In this document: one piece after another, positions 44,206-53,491 of the stretch
Layout of the letters: each line of letters begins with the position of its first letter
How positions within the stretch are numbered: the first letter of the stretch is position 1
Assembly: GCA_024235835.1 (NCBI GenBank)
Contig: JACKLQ010000004.1
Location: forward strand, 101,132-165,131
Direction of reading: 5' to 3'
Origin: Thiobacillus sp.
GTDB taxonomy: Bacteria > Pseudomonadota > Gammaproteobacteria > Burkholderiales > Thiobacillaceae
DNA: 64,000 nucleotides
The notes under the pieces: model-generated
What the model was told of the DNA's origin: nothing
The model's input: the letters and a program-made list of their open reading frames with translations, nothing else
Databases searched by the model: none
Made by a program: the position numbers and the translations under genes

Positions 44206-44672
44206 TGGCTGTCTCCGCTAGCGCCATTCTTGGTGGTGGCCATGAGGGGAGAGGCTGCGGGCAAGCCAGCCTGGGGGGCTGGCTTTTTTGCCGGCTTGGT
44301 GGCATGGCAATCCCAGCAATCCAGCTTGACGCTGGCGTAGCTGTGGCAGGCCGCGCAGAAGTCCTCCTTGCTGGCGGCCACGCTGCCCGTCTTCTCGCTG
44401 GCATGGCATTCCACGCACTTTTTCAGGCTGTGCCTTGTGGTGCGAATGCCCTTGCGCATAGTGTCGTCACGATGGTGTTTGAGGAGGTCCATGTGATTGC
44501 GACGCATGAATTGCGTGTCTTCCACGCACTTGTCCCCCGTGCTTGCGATTTTTCCTAAATCCAGCTTGGGTAGGTCAACGCCCGCCGCCGCCTGCATGGA
44601 GGGGACGGCCATGAAGGCCGCCACCGCCGCGAGGACGGCGAGGCGCAGCCAGGTGCGGATGCTTCTCGCCAT
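44202..44672 (-). CDS. dsrJ: DsrJ, periplasmic triheme cytochrome c
   Basis: Three CxxCH sites (CVECH, CAACH, CWDCH) after a signal anchor. AAGGAAG RBS before the ATG at 44672. The stop overlaps the dsrO ATG. Confidence 0.88.
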   Translation of the reverse strand: MARSIRTWLRLAVLAAVAAFMAVPSMQAAAGVDLPKLDLGKIASTGDKCVEDTQFMRRNHMDLLKHHRDDTMRKGIRTTRHSLKKCVECHASEKTGSVAASKEDFCAACHSYASVKLDCWDCHATKPAKKPAPQAGLPAASPLMATTKNGASGDSQ

Positions 44673-44701
44673 GCCAGTTCTTCCTTTGCCCATGCCCAGT
44701 C

Positions 44702-46678
44702 TTAGTCGCCCATGCCCATGACGATGTAGCCGGTGGGGCACACGTCAGCGCAGATATGGCAGCCGATGCACTTGGTGTAGTCGGTGTCCACGTAACGGCC
44801 GGTGGTGGGGCCGTCCTTCTTCTTGACCTTGAAGACGGCGGTCTGGGGGCAGTAGATGACGCAGTTGTCGCACTCGAAGCACAGGCCGCAGGACATGCAG
44901 CGCTTGGCCTCGTCCACCACCTGCTTCTCGTCCAGGGCGTGCAGACGATCCTCGAAGTTGCCCAGGGCAGAGTCCTTGTCCAGCACGGTCACGCCACGCT
45001 GGTTGCGGGGCACGTTCATGAAGTGGCCCAGGAACATCTCGGTGGAAGGGATCACGTAGCGTCCGGAGCGATCCTCGAAGTTATGCAGGGTGTCCTTCCA
45101 GCTGTCGGTGCCCCAGGTCTGGCCGTGGTGCTCCTTGTACTCGTGACCGGCTTCCACCCACTTGCGGACCTGGTCCCAATGGGCCACGTCAACTTTCGGA
45201 CGCTTGTCGGCTTCCTCGCCCTTCAGGAAAGCGTCGATGCCTTCCGCGCAGATGCGGGCATGGCCGATGGCGGTGGTGAGCAGGTGGGGACGGATCACGT
45301 CTCCGGCGACGAACACGTTCTCCTTGCCGGGGAAACGATAGTTCTTGTCGGTCTTGATCAGGCCGTTGTTGTTGTTGAAGCCTTCCAGGCCGGTGAAGTC
45401 CACGGCCTGGCCGATGGCGGATACGATCAGGGTGGCGTCGATGTCACGCTCGGTGCCGTCGATGATCTTTGTATCCCGGCCCACCATCTCGAACTCGGCC
45501 ACACGCAGGGCCACGGCACGGCCACTGGCGTCCTTCACCACGGCGACGGGGGTCACGCCGCCGACGATCTCGATGCCTTCGGATTTGGCCTGCTCCACTT
45601 CGTGCTTGTTGGCGGCCATCTTGTCGATAGTGGCGCGGGAGATCAGCACAACTTCGACGCCCTGGCGGGCGGCGATGGAGGCCACGTCATGGGCGGCATG
45701 GCCGGCCAGCACCATCTCGGGCAGGTCGGAGGTGGCTGCGTTGGTGACCTTGCCCAGGCGGCGGGCCACGGTGGCCACGTCGATGGAGGTGTCGCCACCA
45801 CCGATGACCACCACCTTGTCGCCCACGTGCTGCAGGCGGCCTTCGTTGAAGGCCCGCAGGAAGGCCACGGCGGTCACGCAGTTGGGTGCGTCGGCGCCGT
45901 CCACCGGCAGGGAGCGGCCGCCCTGGGCGCCCAGGGCGAACAGCACCGCGTCGTAGTCCTTCTCGATCTGCTCCATGCTGATGTCGGTGCCGATGCGGGT
46001 GTTCAGCCTGGTCTCGACGCCCATGTCGATGATGCGCTTGATCTCGCCATCAAGCACCTCGCGGGGGGTCCGGAAGCCGGGGATGCCGTAGCGCATCATG
46101 CCGCCGAGTTCGGCGTGGTCATCAAAAATGGTGCAGCCATGGCCCATGCGGCGCAGCTGGTAAGCAGCGGCCAGACCGGCGGGGCCGCCACCGATGATGG
46201 CGACTTTCTTGCCGGACTCCTGGGCGGGCTTCTCGAAGCCCAGGTTGTTGTCCAGGCCCCAGTTGCCGACGAAGTGTTCGACGGAGTTGATGCCGACGTT
46301 CTCTTCCACCTGGTTGCGGTTGCAGCCGGACTCGCAGGGAGCGGGACAGACACGGCCCATGACGGCGGGGAATGGGTTGGCACTGGTCATGCGGCGGAAG
46401 GCATATTCCTGCCAGGTCATGCTGGGTTTGCCATCAGCGCCCACGGGGGGCTTCTCGATGCCACGCACGATGTTCAGATAGCCGCGAATGTCCTCACCGG
46501 CGGGGCAGGATCCCTGGCAGGGAGGCGTGGAGTGCACGTATTCAGGGCACTTGTGCGTCCAGCTGGCCTGAAAGATCTTGTCCTGATTGCTGCGATAGTT
46601 CTCCTCGGTCTCGCCGTCCTTGTAGCGACGCCATACTTTACCTTCGGTCTTGGCAACATTCTTGGAAGTGACAGCCAT
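44702..46678 (-). CDS. dsrL: DsrL, NAD(P)H-dependent GltD-like iron-sulfur flavoprotein
   Basis: Two dinucleotide folds (VAIIGGGPAGLAAA, VVVIGGGDTSIDVA), N-terminal Cys clusters and a C-terminal ferredoxin domain (CMSCGLCFECDNCVIYCP, CIGCHICADVCP). Confidence 0.9.
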   Translation of the reverse strand: MAVTSKNVAKTEGKVWRRYKDGETEENYRSNQDKIFQASWTHKCPEYVHSTPPCQGSCPAGEDIRGYLNIVRGIEKPPVGADGKPSMTWQEYAFRRMTSANPFPAVMGRVCPAPCESGCNRNQVEENVGINSVEHFVGNWGLDNNLGFEKPAQESGKKVAIIGGGPAGLAAAYQLRRMGHGCTIFDDHAELGGMMRYGIPGFRTPREVLDGEIKRIIDMGVETRLNTRIGTDISMEQIEKDYDAVLFALGAQGGRSLPVDGADAPNCVTAVAFLRAFNEGRLQHVGDKVVVIGGGDTSIDVATVARRLGKVTNAATSDLPEMVLAGHAAHDVASIAARQGVEVVLISRATIDKMAANKHEVEQAKSEGIEIVGGVTPVAVVKDASGRAVALRVAEFEMVGRDTKIIDGTERDIDATLIVSAIGQAVDFTGLEGFNNNNGLIKTDKNYRFPGKENVFVAGDVIRPHLLTTAIGHARICAEGIDAFLKGEEADKRPKVDVAHWDQVRKWVEAGHEYKEHHGQTWGTDSWKDTLHNFEDRSGRYVIPSTEMFLGHFMNVPRNQRGVTVLDKDSALGNFEDRLHALDEKQVVDEAKRCMSCGLCFECDNCVIYCPQTAVFKVKKKDGPTTGRYVDTDYTKCIGCHICADVCPTGYIVMGMGD

Positions 46679-46778
46679 CTTCGCTCTCCTATCGTCAAAT
46701 TCATGTGGTTACGACGATACGTAACCGCTCATCTCATCTGGCGGCGTGCCCAGGGCACAACCGCCTGTTTACTTCAAA

Positions 46779-48302
46779 TCAATCCAGCTTGATGGCCGTG
46801 CTCACCAACTGGTGCACACCGCCCACACTGCCGCGATCAAAGCCGTAATACGGCAACACCTTGGTGAACTGGGCCTTGCAGATGGCGCAGATCAATGCCA
46901 GGAAGTTCACACCCTCCTTCTGCACGACGTTGTTGTAGGCGTTCATGCGGGGCAACGCACCCTTGACGCGAGCCTCGATGAGGTCGTCCGTCAGCATGCC
47001 ACCACCGCCGCCACAGCAGAATGTCGCTTCGCCGATGGTGCCGTCCGGCATGTCATGGAAGTTGTTGGCCACCGCCTTGATGATGTTGCGCGGGATGGTG
47101 AACTGGCCACCCGGTTCGTCGCCCATGCGGGAAGCGCGGGCCACGTTGCAGGAATCGTGATAAGTGATGACCCGATCGTCGTTCAGGGACTTGTCGAACT
47201 TCAGTACGCCCTTCTCGATGAGGTCCCAGGTGTATTCGCAGATGTGCATGGGCTGGGGATAGCGCATGTCCAGTTGATCCTGGAGTTTCTTCGAGAATTC
47301 GTCCGCGCCACCCCAGCCGATGCCGGTCAGCGTATTCCAGTAGGCATAGGCCACACGCCAGGCATGGCCGCATTCGCCCACGATGATGCGCTTCACGCCC
47401 AATTCCAGGGCCGCGTCGCGGATGCGCATGGCTACTGTGCGCATGGTCTCGTAGTTGCCGTTGAACAGGCCGAAATTGCCCGCCTCGGAGGCATGGCTGG
47501 ACAGGGTCCAGGAAACGCCGGCGGCATGGAACACCTTGGCGTAGCCGATGAGGGAATCCACGTGGGGCTCGGAGAAGAAATCGGCGGAGGGCGTCACCAG
47601 CAGAATTTCCGCGCCTTTGACGTCCAGAGGGATCTTCACGGGTACGCCTGTGTCCGCTTCGATGTCCTCTTCCAGGCCTTCCAGGGTGTCCTCCAGGGCG
47701 GGACCGGGCAGTCCCAGGTTGTTACCGATCTTCTGAACCTTGTTCAGGATTTCGCTGGAGTACTTCTGGCCAATGCCCACATAGTTCAGTATCTCGCGGC
47801 CGGCCATGGTGATCTCGGCCGTGTCGATGCCGTAGGGGCAATACACGGAGCAACGACGGCACTCGGAACACTGGTGATAGTAGTTGTGCCACTTGTCCAG
47901 GGTTTCCTTGGTCAAATCTTCAGCACCTACCAGCCAAGGGGCGATCTTGCCCGGCAGGGTGAAGTAGCGGCGATAGACCTTGCGCATCAGTTCCTGACGC
48001 GCCACGGGCATGTTGTTGGGATCGGCGGTACCGAGGAAGTAATGGCACTTGTCGGTGCAGGCGCCGCAATGCACGCAGGCGTCCATGAACACACGAACGG
48101 AGCGGAACTTCTCCAGTATCTGGCCCATGCGATCGATGGCCCGCTCCTTCCAGTCCTCCCCCAGCTCGAAGGGATAGCCCAGGAAGGACTGGGAAGCCTC
48201 GGCAGCCTGGAAGGTCTTCAGGTGCGCCATGGCGCCTTCCTTGATCTTCGGGACTTCCGTGTATTCCGTCAGCGTGGGAACTTCAAACTCGGGACCGGCC
48301 AC
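46779..48302 (-). CDS. dsrK: DsrK, HdrD-like catalytic subunit (CCG domain)
   Basis: CVHCGACTDKC and CSECRRCSVYCPYG ferredoxin motifs, plus the CCG-type motif FCCGGGGG. The GTG start at 48302 is preceded by AAGGAG. Confidence 0.9.
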   Translation of the reverse strand: MAGPEFEVPTLTEYTEVPKIKEGAMAHLKTFQAAEASQSFLGYPFELGEDWKERAIDRMGQILEKFRSVRVFMDACVHCGACTDKCHYFLGTADPNNMPVARQELMRKVYRRYFTLPGKIAPWLVGAEDLTKETLDKWHNYYHQCSECRRCSVYCPYGIDTAEITMAGREILNYVGIGQKYSSEILNKVQKIGNNLGLPGPALEDTLEGLEEDIEADTGVPVKIPLDVKGAEILLVTPSADFFSEPHVDSLIGYAKVFHAAGVSWTLSSHASEAGNFGLFNGNYETMRTVAMRIRDAALELGVKRIIVGECGHAWRVAYAYWNTLTGIGWGGADEFSKKLQDQLDMRYPQPMHICEYTWDLIEKGVLKFDKSLNDDRVITYHDSCNVARASRMGDEPGGQFTIPRNIIKAVANNFHDMPDGTIGEATFCCGGGGGMLTDDLIEARVKGALPRMNAYNNVVQKEGVNFLALICAICKAQFTKVLPYYGFDRGSVGGVHQLVSTAIKLD

Positions 48303-48355
48303 GTTTGCTCCTTATTTCTCTACGCTCTGTTCAGGTTGCAAATCAACCGTCGTGG

Positions 48356-49093
48356 TTAGGCTTTGTCGCGATCAAGTGCGGCAGCCCAGGGCGCCATATG
48401 ACGGCGCTCGCGGGGATTGTCCACCATGTTGCGCGAGGGGCTGAAGAATATGCCGGGGGCATGCAGAAGCTTGCTGATGGGAAAGATGATCATCAGCAGG
48501 GCCACCAGGAACAGGTGAACGAGAAGTACGCCGTCCGTGGGCACGGGATGCCAGTCAAAGGTCATGAGCCCCAGCATGAAGGCCTTGAGGGCGACGATGT
48601 CGGTATGGGATACGAAGGTCATCATCATCCCGGACAGGCCGATGGCGATGAGCAAGGCCAGCATGAGGTGGTCGGAAGGGGTTGATATGTAGCGCACCCG
48701 GTCCACCAGGAAGCGACGGGCCCAGAGGCCGGCCAAGCCGGCCACCATGGCGAAGCTGGCGTACATGCCGAAGGGCTGGATGAATTCCACCACGAACCAC
48801 ACGGGCTCCTGGAAATAGCGCACATGGCGCAGCAGCACCAGGGCCAGGCCCACATGGAACAGCCAGCCAAAAACCCAAATCCACTTATTGGACTTGAACA
48901 GGGATTCGAAGATGACCACCTCACGTGCCATTCGCAAGGCAACGCCAGAACGGGTTGTGGGCGCAGGCGTAGTGGGAATAGAGAGGGGGGCCGGTGTACG
49001 GCTGTACTCGAAGATGCGATAGGCCACACCGCCGATGAACACCAGCGCGGCGAAATAGAACAGCCCCATGTAGAAAATCGTCAACGAAGTCAT
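48356..49093 (-). CDS. dsrM: DsrM, NarI-like diheme cytochrome b membrane subunit
   Basis: 245 aa with 5 TM segments and conserved His in helices (HVGLALVLLRHVRY; HLMLALL...). It is the first gene of dsrMKJOP. Confidence 0.88.
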   Translation of the reverse strand: MTSLTIFYMGLFYFAALVFIGGVAYRIFEYSRTPAPLSIPTTPAPTTRSGVALRMAREVVIFESLFKSNKWIWVFGWLFHVGLALVLLRHVRYFQEPVWFVVEFIQPFGMYASFAMVAGLAGLWARRFLVDRVRYISTPSDHLMLALLIAIGLSGMMMTFVSHTDIVALKAFMLGLMTFDWHPVPTDGVLLVHLFLVALLMIIFPISKLLHAPGIFFSPSRNMVDNPRERRHMAPWAAALDRDKA

Positions 49094-49154
49094 CCGTTCC
49101 TCTGCATTGGCAGATTAACAAGCATCAGACTGCCATTCTCTGGCAGGAGACGCG

Positions 49155-49191
49155 ACACAAAACCAACAGCACCGGCGGGCTTGCCCGCCGG
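49155..49191 (-). terminator. Internal attenuator/terminator between dsrC and dsrM
   Basis: Coding strand CCGGCGGGC-AA-GCCCGCCGG followed by UGCUGUUGGUUUUGUGU, in the 141-bp dsrC-dsrM spacer. Confidence 0.6.
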
Positions 49192-49234
49192 GCAGTTCAA
49201 CCACGGGGCCACTGCGAGACCCCGGTACAAGCGA

Positions 49235-49570
49235 TCAGATGCAGCCGGTGGGCTTGGGCAGACCACCGATCTTGCAGGCCTGCTTGGCGGGGCCGTAGGG
49301 GAACAGTTCGTACAGGTACTTGTTGTTGCCCTTGTCCGGACCCAGCTTCTTTCCGATGGCCTTGGTCAGCACGCGGATGGCGGGAGCGATCTGATACTCG
49401 TCGTAGTACTCGCGCAGGAAGTCGATCACTTCCCAGTGAGCGTCGGTCATGTCGACCTTCTCTTCCTTGGCCAGGTACTCGGCCACGTCACGGTTCCAGT
49501 CAGCCAGGTTGGTCAGGTAGCCTTCCTCGTCGACGTCAACATCTTTACCGGCGATATTTACGGTAGCCAT
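49235..49570 (-). CDS. dsrC: DsrC (both C-terminal arm cysteines present)
   Basis: 111 aa ending ...PAKQACKIGGLPKPTGCI, with CysB and the penultimate CysA. AAGGAG RBS. Confidence 0.95.
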   Translation of the reverse strand: MATVNIAGKDVDVDEEGYLTNLADWNRDVAEYLAKEEKVDMTDAHWEVIDFLREYYDEYQIAPAIRVLTKAIGKKLGPDKGNNKYLYELFPYGPAKQACKIGGLPKPTGCI

Positions 49571-49593
49571 CGTGTTACTCCTTCTATCAGTAA

Positions 49594-49893
49594 TTACAAC
49601 CAGGATTGGCAGTTGGTCTGCTCGGCGACCAGATCCACAAAACCGCCGTAATCCACCAGATTCACGCCATCGATCACCCGATCTGCCATACCACGGGCAG
49701 CCAGATCAGGTTGCAGTGCGTAGATGGTCAGATCGGCCATGGCCGACTTGACCTTCGCCTCTGCGGCACCGCCCTTCGTGGCCGCGTAGACCGCGTCCTC
49801 GATCAGCAGCACCTTGGAGCCTTTAGTTGCATGAGCCAGACAGCTTTCAACGCTGTTACGCTCGGTGGGGGACTTGTTTACTATGTGCAGCAT
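49594..49893 (-). CDS. dsrH: DsrH
   Basis: 99-aa DsrH/TusB-family protein, in the position after dsrF. Confidence 0.85.
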   Translation of the reverse strand: MLHIVNKSPTERNSVESCLAHATKGSKVLLIEDAVYAATKGGAAEAKVKSAMADLTIYALQPDLAARGMADRVIDGVNLVDYGGFVDLVAEQTNCQSWL

Positions 49894-49908
49894 TTTCGCG
49901 TTCTCCGA

Positions 49909-50301
49909 TCAGGAACTGATCACCACGTCCTGCTCATTCATCAGGTCGGCCATTTCAGCCGCGCTGACCACCTGGACATCCACCACCAGGTCGTCTTCGG
50001 TCAGGCCGCGCATCTCCATGGACTCACGGTCCACGTAGAGCTTCTCGATGTCGTAACCCTCCAAGGCGCGATAGGTCTTGGAAAAGCTCTTCATCTCGAT
50101 GCCTTCCGTATTGACGTTCTTTACCAGCTGGTAAACGCCGTCGTCCAGGAAGGCCAGGCTCACATCCTGCTCGAAGGCAGCGGAAATGAGCACCACTTCC
50201 AGGCTCTCCAGGGCATAGATGGTGCCGTAGGGGGCCTTGCGGTTCACGAACATGAACTTCTTGATCGTGCCGCCTTCTTCCATATCCATATCATCGGACA
50301 T
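49909..50301 (-). CDS. dsrF: DsrF
   Basis: DsrF/TusC family (FMFVNRKAPYGTIYALESLEV). The track start at 50316 is TTG. The GAGGGGG RBS spacing favours the ATG at 50301, though 50307 is possible. Confidence 0.85.
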   Translation of the reverse strand: MSDDMDMEEGGTIKKFMFVNRKAPYGTIYALESLEVVLISAAFEQDVSLAFLDDGVYQLVKNVNTEGIEMKSFSKTYRALEGYDIEKLYVDRESMEMRGLTEDDLVVDVQVVSAAEMADLMNEQDVVISS

Positions 50302-50312
50302 TGCCATCCCCC

Positions 50313-50705
50313 TCAATCACCAAAAGTCACCAGGCGGTCGCACTGGATGCCCGCCTCGACCAACTGACCCAGACCAGAAATGCGGAAAGCAGGATGGATG
50401 TTGTTGGCATCCTTGCCCTGACGCTTGGCCTCGTTCTCGTCCATCATGCCGCGGCGCTGGGCAGCGGCGATGCAGACCACCATATCGATCTTGTGCTCTT
50501 CACCCAGGGCCGCCCAGCGGTTGACGATGTGACGATCGTCAGCAGGGGGCACGGTCAAGCGCGTGGCATTGTTCACACCGTCGTGATAGAAGAACACGCG
50601 AAAGACCTCATGCCCCTTGGCGATGGCCGCCTTGGCGAACATGTATGCCGAGTCGGAGGCCTGATGCTGGTATGGGCCTTCGTTAATCAAAATACCGATT
50701 TTCAT
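50313..50705 (-). CDS. dsrE: DsrE
   Basis: DsrE/TusD family: MKIGILINEGPY..., with the conserved active Cys in MVVCIAAAQRRG. Confidence 0.9.
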   Translation of the reverse strand: MKIGILINEGPYQHQASDSAYMFAKAAIAKGHEVFRVFFYHDGVNNATRLTVPPADDRHIVNRWAALGEEHKIDMVVCIAAAQRRGMMDENEAKRQGKDANNIHPAFRISGLGQLVEAGIQCDRLVTFGD

Positions 50706-50768
50706 TTGTATATCCCTATCTCCGAATATCCGAGTAGACCGCAGCCCGGCTGACCGGGCCGCGACAGA

Positions 50769-51842
50769 TCAGAAGCGGATATGGGCGGAAGCGTTCAGGC
50801 TGTTCCGACCACCGCGCCAGTTATCGATGTGATACTTGGTGAAGGGCAGACCAGTCTTCTCGAAGAACGCGGGCCAACCGATACGGTCGATCCAGTCGTT
50901 CATGCGCTCCCAGGGACGGCCATCGGCCTTGTAGGTCGCCAGGATCTTCTTGACGATCTCGCTGACCTCGGGCCACCGCGGGGGGTTGTTCGGGATACCT
51001 GCGGCCACCAGCTTGTGGAAGGTGGGACGGGAACGGGCATTGGAGTTCTTTCCGCCAACCCAGATCGCGAACTTGGAATGCTCGGGATCGTTGATCTGCA
51101 TGGGCGGGCAGGGAGGGAAACAGGCGCCGCAGCAGATGCATTTCTTCTCGTCCACTTCCAGGGAGGGCTTGCCGTTCACCAGGGCGGGACGGATGGCCGC
51201 AACGGGGCAACGGGCCACGACGGAAGGGCGCTCGCAGATGTTGGCCACCAGATCATGGTTGATCTTGGGAGGTTTGGTGTGCTGGATCACGATGGCGATG
51301 TCGGCCTGGCCGCCGCAGTTGATCTCGCAGCAGGAGGTGGACAGCTTGACGCGGTTAGGCATCTCGCACTTGACGAACTCGTCATACAGTTCGTCCATCA
51401 GGGCCTTCACGGCGCCGGAGGCGTCGGTACCCGGGATGTCGCAGTGCAGCCAGCCCTGGGTGTGGGCGATCATGGACACGGAGTTGGCGGTGCCGCCCAC
51501 GGGGAAGCCGTTGTCGGTGAGGGACTTGATCAGGGGCTCGACCTTGGACTGGTCGGTGACCATGTACTCGATGTTTGAACGGGTGGTGAAGCGCACGTAA
51601 CCATCGGCGAACTGGTCGGCGATATCAGCCAGCTTGCGGATGGTGTAGTGGTCCATCTGGCGCTGTGTGCCGGCCTTGACGGTCCAGACTTCATCGCCAT
51701 TTTCGGCACGGTGATACAGAACACCCGGCTTGGGATGGGAGTGAAACACCCACTTGCCGTAGTTGTTCCTCATGACGGGGTGCATATAGGGCATCGGATC
51801 CGGGGTACCGGACTCGATGGTCTCGTGAGTACGTTCAGCCAT
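50769..51842 (-). CDS. dsrB: Reverse-type dissimilatory sulfite reductase beta subunit
   Basis: Siroheme/FeS region TSCCEINCGG and ferredoxin insert CPVAAIRP...CICCGACFPPCP. GGAG lies 6 nt before the ATG at 51842 (the track start is TTG). Confidence 0.93.
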   Translation of the reverse strand: MAERTHETIESGTPDPMPYMHPVMRNNYGKWVFHSHPKPGVLYHRAENGDEVWTVKAGTQRQMDHYTIRKLADIADQFADGYVRFTTRSNIEYMVTDQSKVEPLIKSLTDNGFPVGGTANSVSMIAHTQGWLHCDIPGTDASGAVKALMDELYDEFVKCEMPNRVKLSTSCCEINCGGQADIAIVIQHTKPPKINHDLVANICERPSVVARCPVAAIRPALVNGKPSLEVDEKKCICCGACFPPCPPMQINDPEHSKFAIWVGGKNSNARSRPTFHKLVAAGIPNNPPRWPEVSEIVKKILATYKADGRPWERMNDWIDRIGWPAFFEKTGLPFTKYHIDNWRGGRNSLNASAHIRF

Positions 51843-51929
51843 TCTTGTCTCCAACTAAGTGAGATCAGGATATCAATATTCACTTTTCGTGCAGCCGCCA
51901 CTAGACGGCTGCACTACTCGACTACCAGG

Positions 51930-53231
51930 TTAGGCCGCGGCCTGCTTGCGCTCGAACCACTTCTCGGCCTCCTCGTCCCAGCCGTCGGTGCGGACGTAGG
52001 GGTTGGTGCGGGGATGGATGACCATGTTGGGATCCACTTCCAGGTCCAGACCCTCGAGGAAGTTCACCAGACCGATGCGCTCGATCATCTCGCCGGTGCG
52101 CTCGTGCTCAAGAGCGTTCTCGGCGAAGAAGTCCAGGATGTTCCGGGACAGTTCGTTCAGTTTCTCGAAGTCCTCGTCAGACTCCAACTTCATGAACGGG
52201 ATGATCACGGTGCCCATGGTGGCACCAATCTTCAGCACGCTCTTGCCCCCCACCAGGATGGTGACACCCTTGTCCTTGCCGGGCAGCAGGGCGCCGGGCA
52301 TGACGTTCAGGCAGTGCATGCAACGCACGCAGTTGTGGTTGTCGATCTCCAGACAGTTGGCGTCGGACACGGCCACCTTGGTGATGCCTTCGCCAGCGGC
52401 AGCGCCGTCGTTCTTCACCAAGCGGATGGCACGGGTGGGGCACATGCTCACGACCATGTTGGTCAGGTCTTCCATGCTGTGGGCGGCCATCCAGTCGCGG
52501 GCCATTTTCTCGTCGGCCCGCATGTTGTCGCGCCAGGTGCCGATGGTGGCCATGTCAGAACGCTGGATGGAGTTCACGCAGTCGTTGGGACAGCCGGAGA
52601 ACTTGAACTTGAACTTGTAGGGCAGGGAGGGGCGGTGCATGTCATCAATGTTGTTGTTGATGACAACGCGCAGTGCACGAGCCTCATCGAAGCAGGACAT
52701 TTCGCAACGGGCGGAGCCCACGCAGGACATGGAGGTACGCAGGGCGGGGCCTGCACCACCCAGATCGAAGCCCATCTCGTTGAACTTGTCGAAGGCCTTC
52801 TGCACGTTCTCGGTCTTGATGCCCTGGAACATGATGTCGCCGGACTGGCCGTGAAACGCGATCAGCCCTGAACCACCGGTCTCGAGCCAGCCATCGCACA
52901 GCTGACGCAACAGGTCAGATGTGTAGTGCATGCCGGCGGGAGGAATGATGCGCAGGGTGTGGAACTCGGCGGCTTCGGGAAAGAGGGGCTTGTGGTTCTC
53001 ATCCTTGAGTTCGGTGAAGCGGGGAATAATGCCGCCACCATAGCCCACCACACCAACAGTGCCACCCTTCCAGTAACCGAATCGGGTGTTATAGGAAGTT
53101 TCCAGTTGACCCATCAGGTCAACCATCATGTCATTGTCTTTCGCCAGGCGCTTCAGACCAGTGACGAAGGAAGGCCAAGGGCCCTTCTCCAGATCGTCCA
53201 GGTTGGGCGTGTCGTGCATCTGCTTAGCCAT
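51930..53231 (-). CDS. dsrA: Reverse-type dissimilatory sulfite reductase alpha subunit
   Basis: CVGSARCEMSC ... GCPNDCV siroheme-FeS motif and ferredoxin insert CPTRAI...CVRCMHCLNVMP. AAGGAGA before the ATG at 53231. The oxidative type is inferred from the linked dsrEFH and dsrL. Confidence 0.93.
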   Translation of the reverse strand: MAKQMHDTPNLDDLEKGPWPSFVTGLKRLAKDNDMMVDLMGQLETSYNTRFGYWKGGTVGVVGYGGGIIPRFTELKDENHKPLFPEAAEFHTLRIIPPAGMHYTSDLLRQLCDGWLETGGSGLIAFHGQSGDIMFQGIKTENVQKAFDKFNEMGFDLGGAGPALRTSMSCVGSARCEMSCFDEARALRVVINNNIDDMHRPSLPYKFKFKFSGCPNDCVNSIQRSDMATIGTWRDNMRADEKMARDWMAAHSMEDLTNMVVSMCPTRAIRLVKNDGAAAGEGITKVAVSDANCLEIDNHNCVRCMHCLNVMPGALLPGKDKGVTILVGGKSVLKIGATMGTVIIPFMKLESDEDFEKLNELSRNILDFFAENALEHERTGEMIERIGLVNFLEGLDLEVDPNMVIHPRTNPYVRTDGWDEEAEKWFERKQAAA

Positions 53232-53391
53232 CTGTGTTTCTCCTTGAAGTCTCGAACACGGTGTCGTCACATCCAAACACTTTCCGGCGGCCACTCAGCC
53301 GATTCGGAATACGTGCCAGCATATTAGGGAGCGCTTATCCACGCCACCATCATTCCGATGGAGTAAGTGGGTCTTTCACTCGGGTAATCCC

Positions 53392-53413
53392 CACCTACCC
53401 GAACGGGTAGGTG
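53392..53413. promoter_or_regulatory. Perfect 22-bp palindrome CACCTACCCG-AA-CGGGTAGGTG in the dsrA-divergent promoter region
   Basis: Read directly. It lies 161-182 bp upstream of the dsrA ATG and 79-100 bp upstream of the 53492 ORF. Its right arm overlaps a possible -35 GTGACA for the plus-strand operon. Confidence 0.5.
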
Positions 53414-53491
53414 ACACATCCCCATGCCGGGCATACCTATACCTGAGCAAAAATGTCAGATAATAGGCATATCAACACATACTGATACATT

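Noticed and set aside
50706-51929. Stem-loops in the dsrB-dsrE (CGCGGCCCGG-TCAG-CCGGGCTGCG) and dsrA-dsrB (GTGCAGCC...GGCTGCAC) spacers as terminators.
   Set aside because: They are GC stems without U-tracts inside an obviously co-expressed dsrABE unit. They are more likely mRNA-stability or processing structures, and they are not strong enough to list as features.
53302-53318. Possible sigma-54 promoter for dsrA (TGGCAC on the minus strand at 53313..53318).
   Set aside because: The -24 TGGCAC is perfect, but the GG-N10-GC rule fails: the -12 position reads GA within CCGAA, not TTGC. No EBP gene is adjacent.
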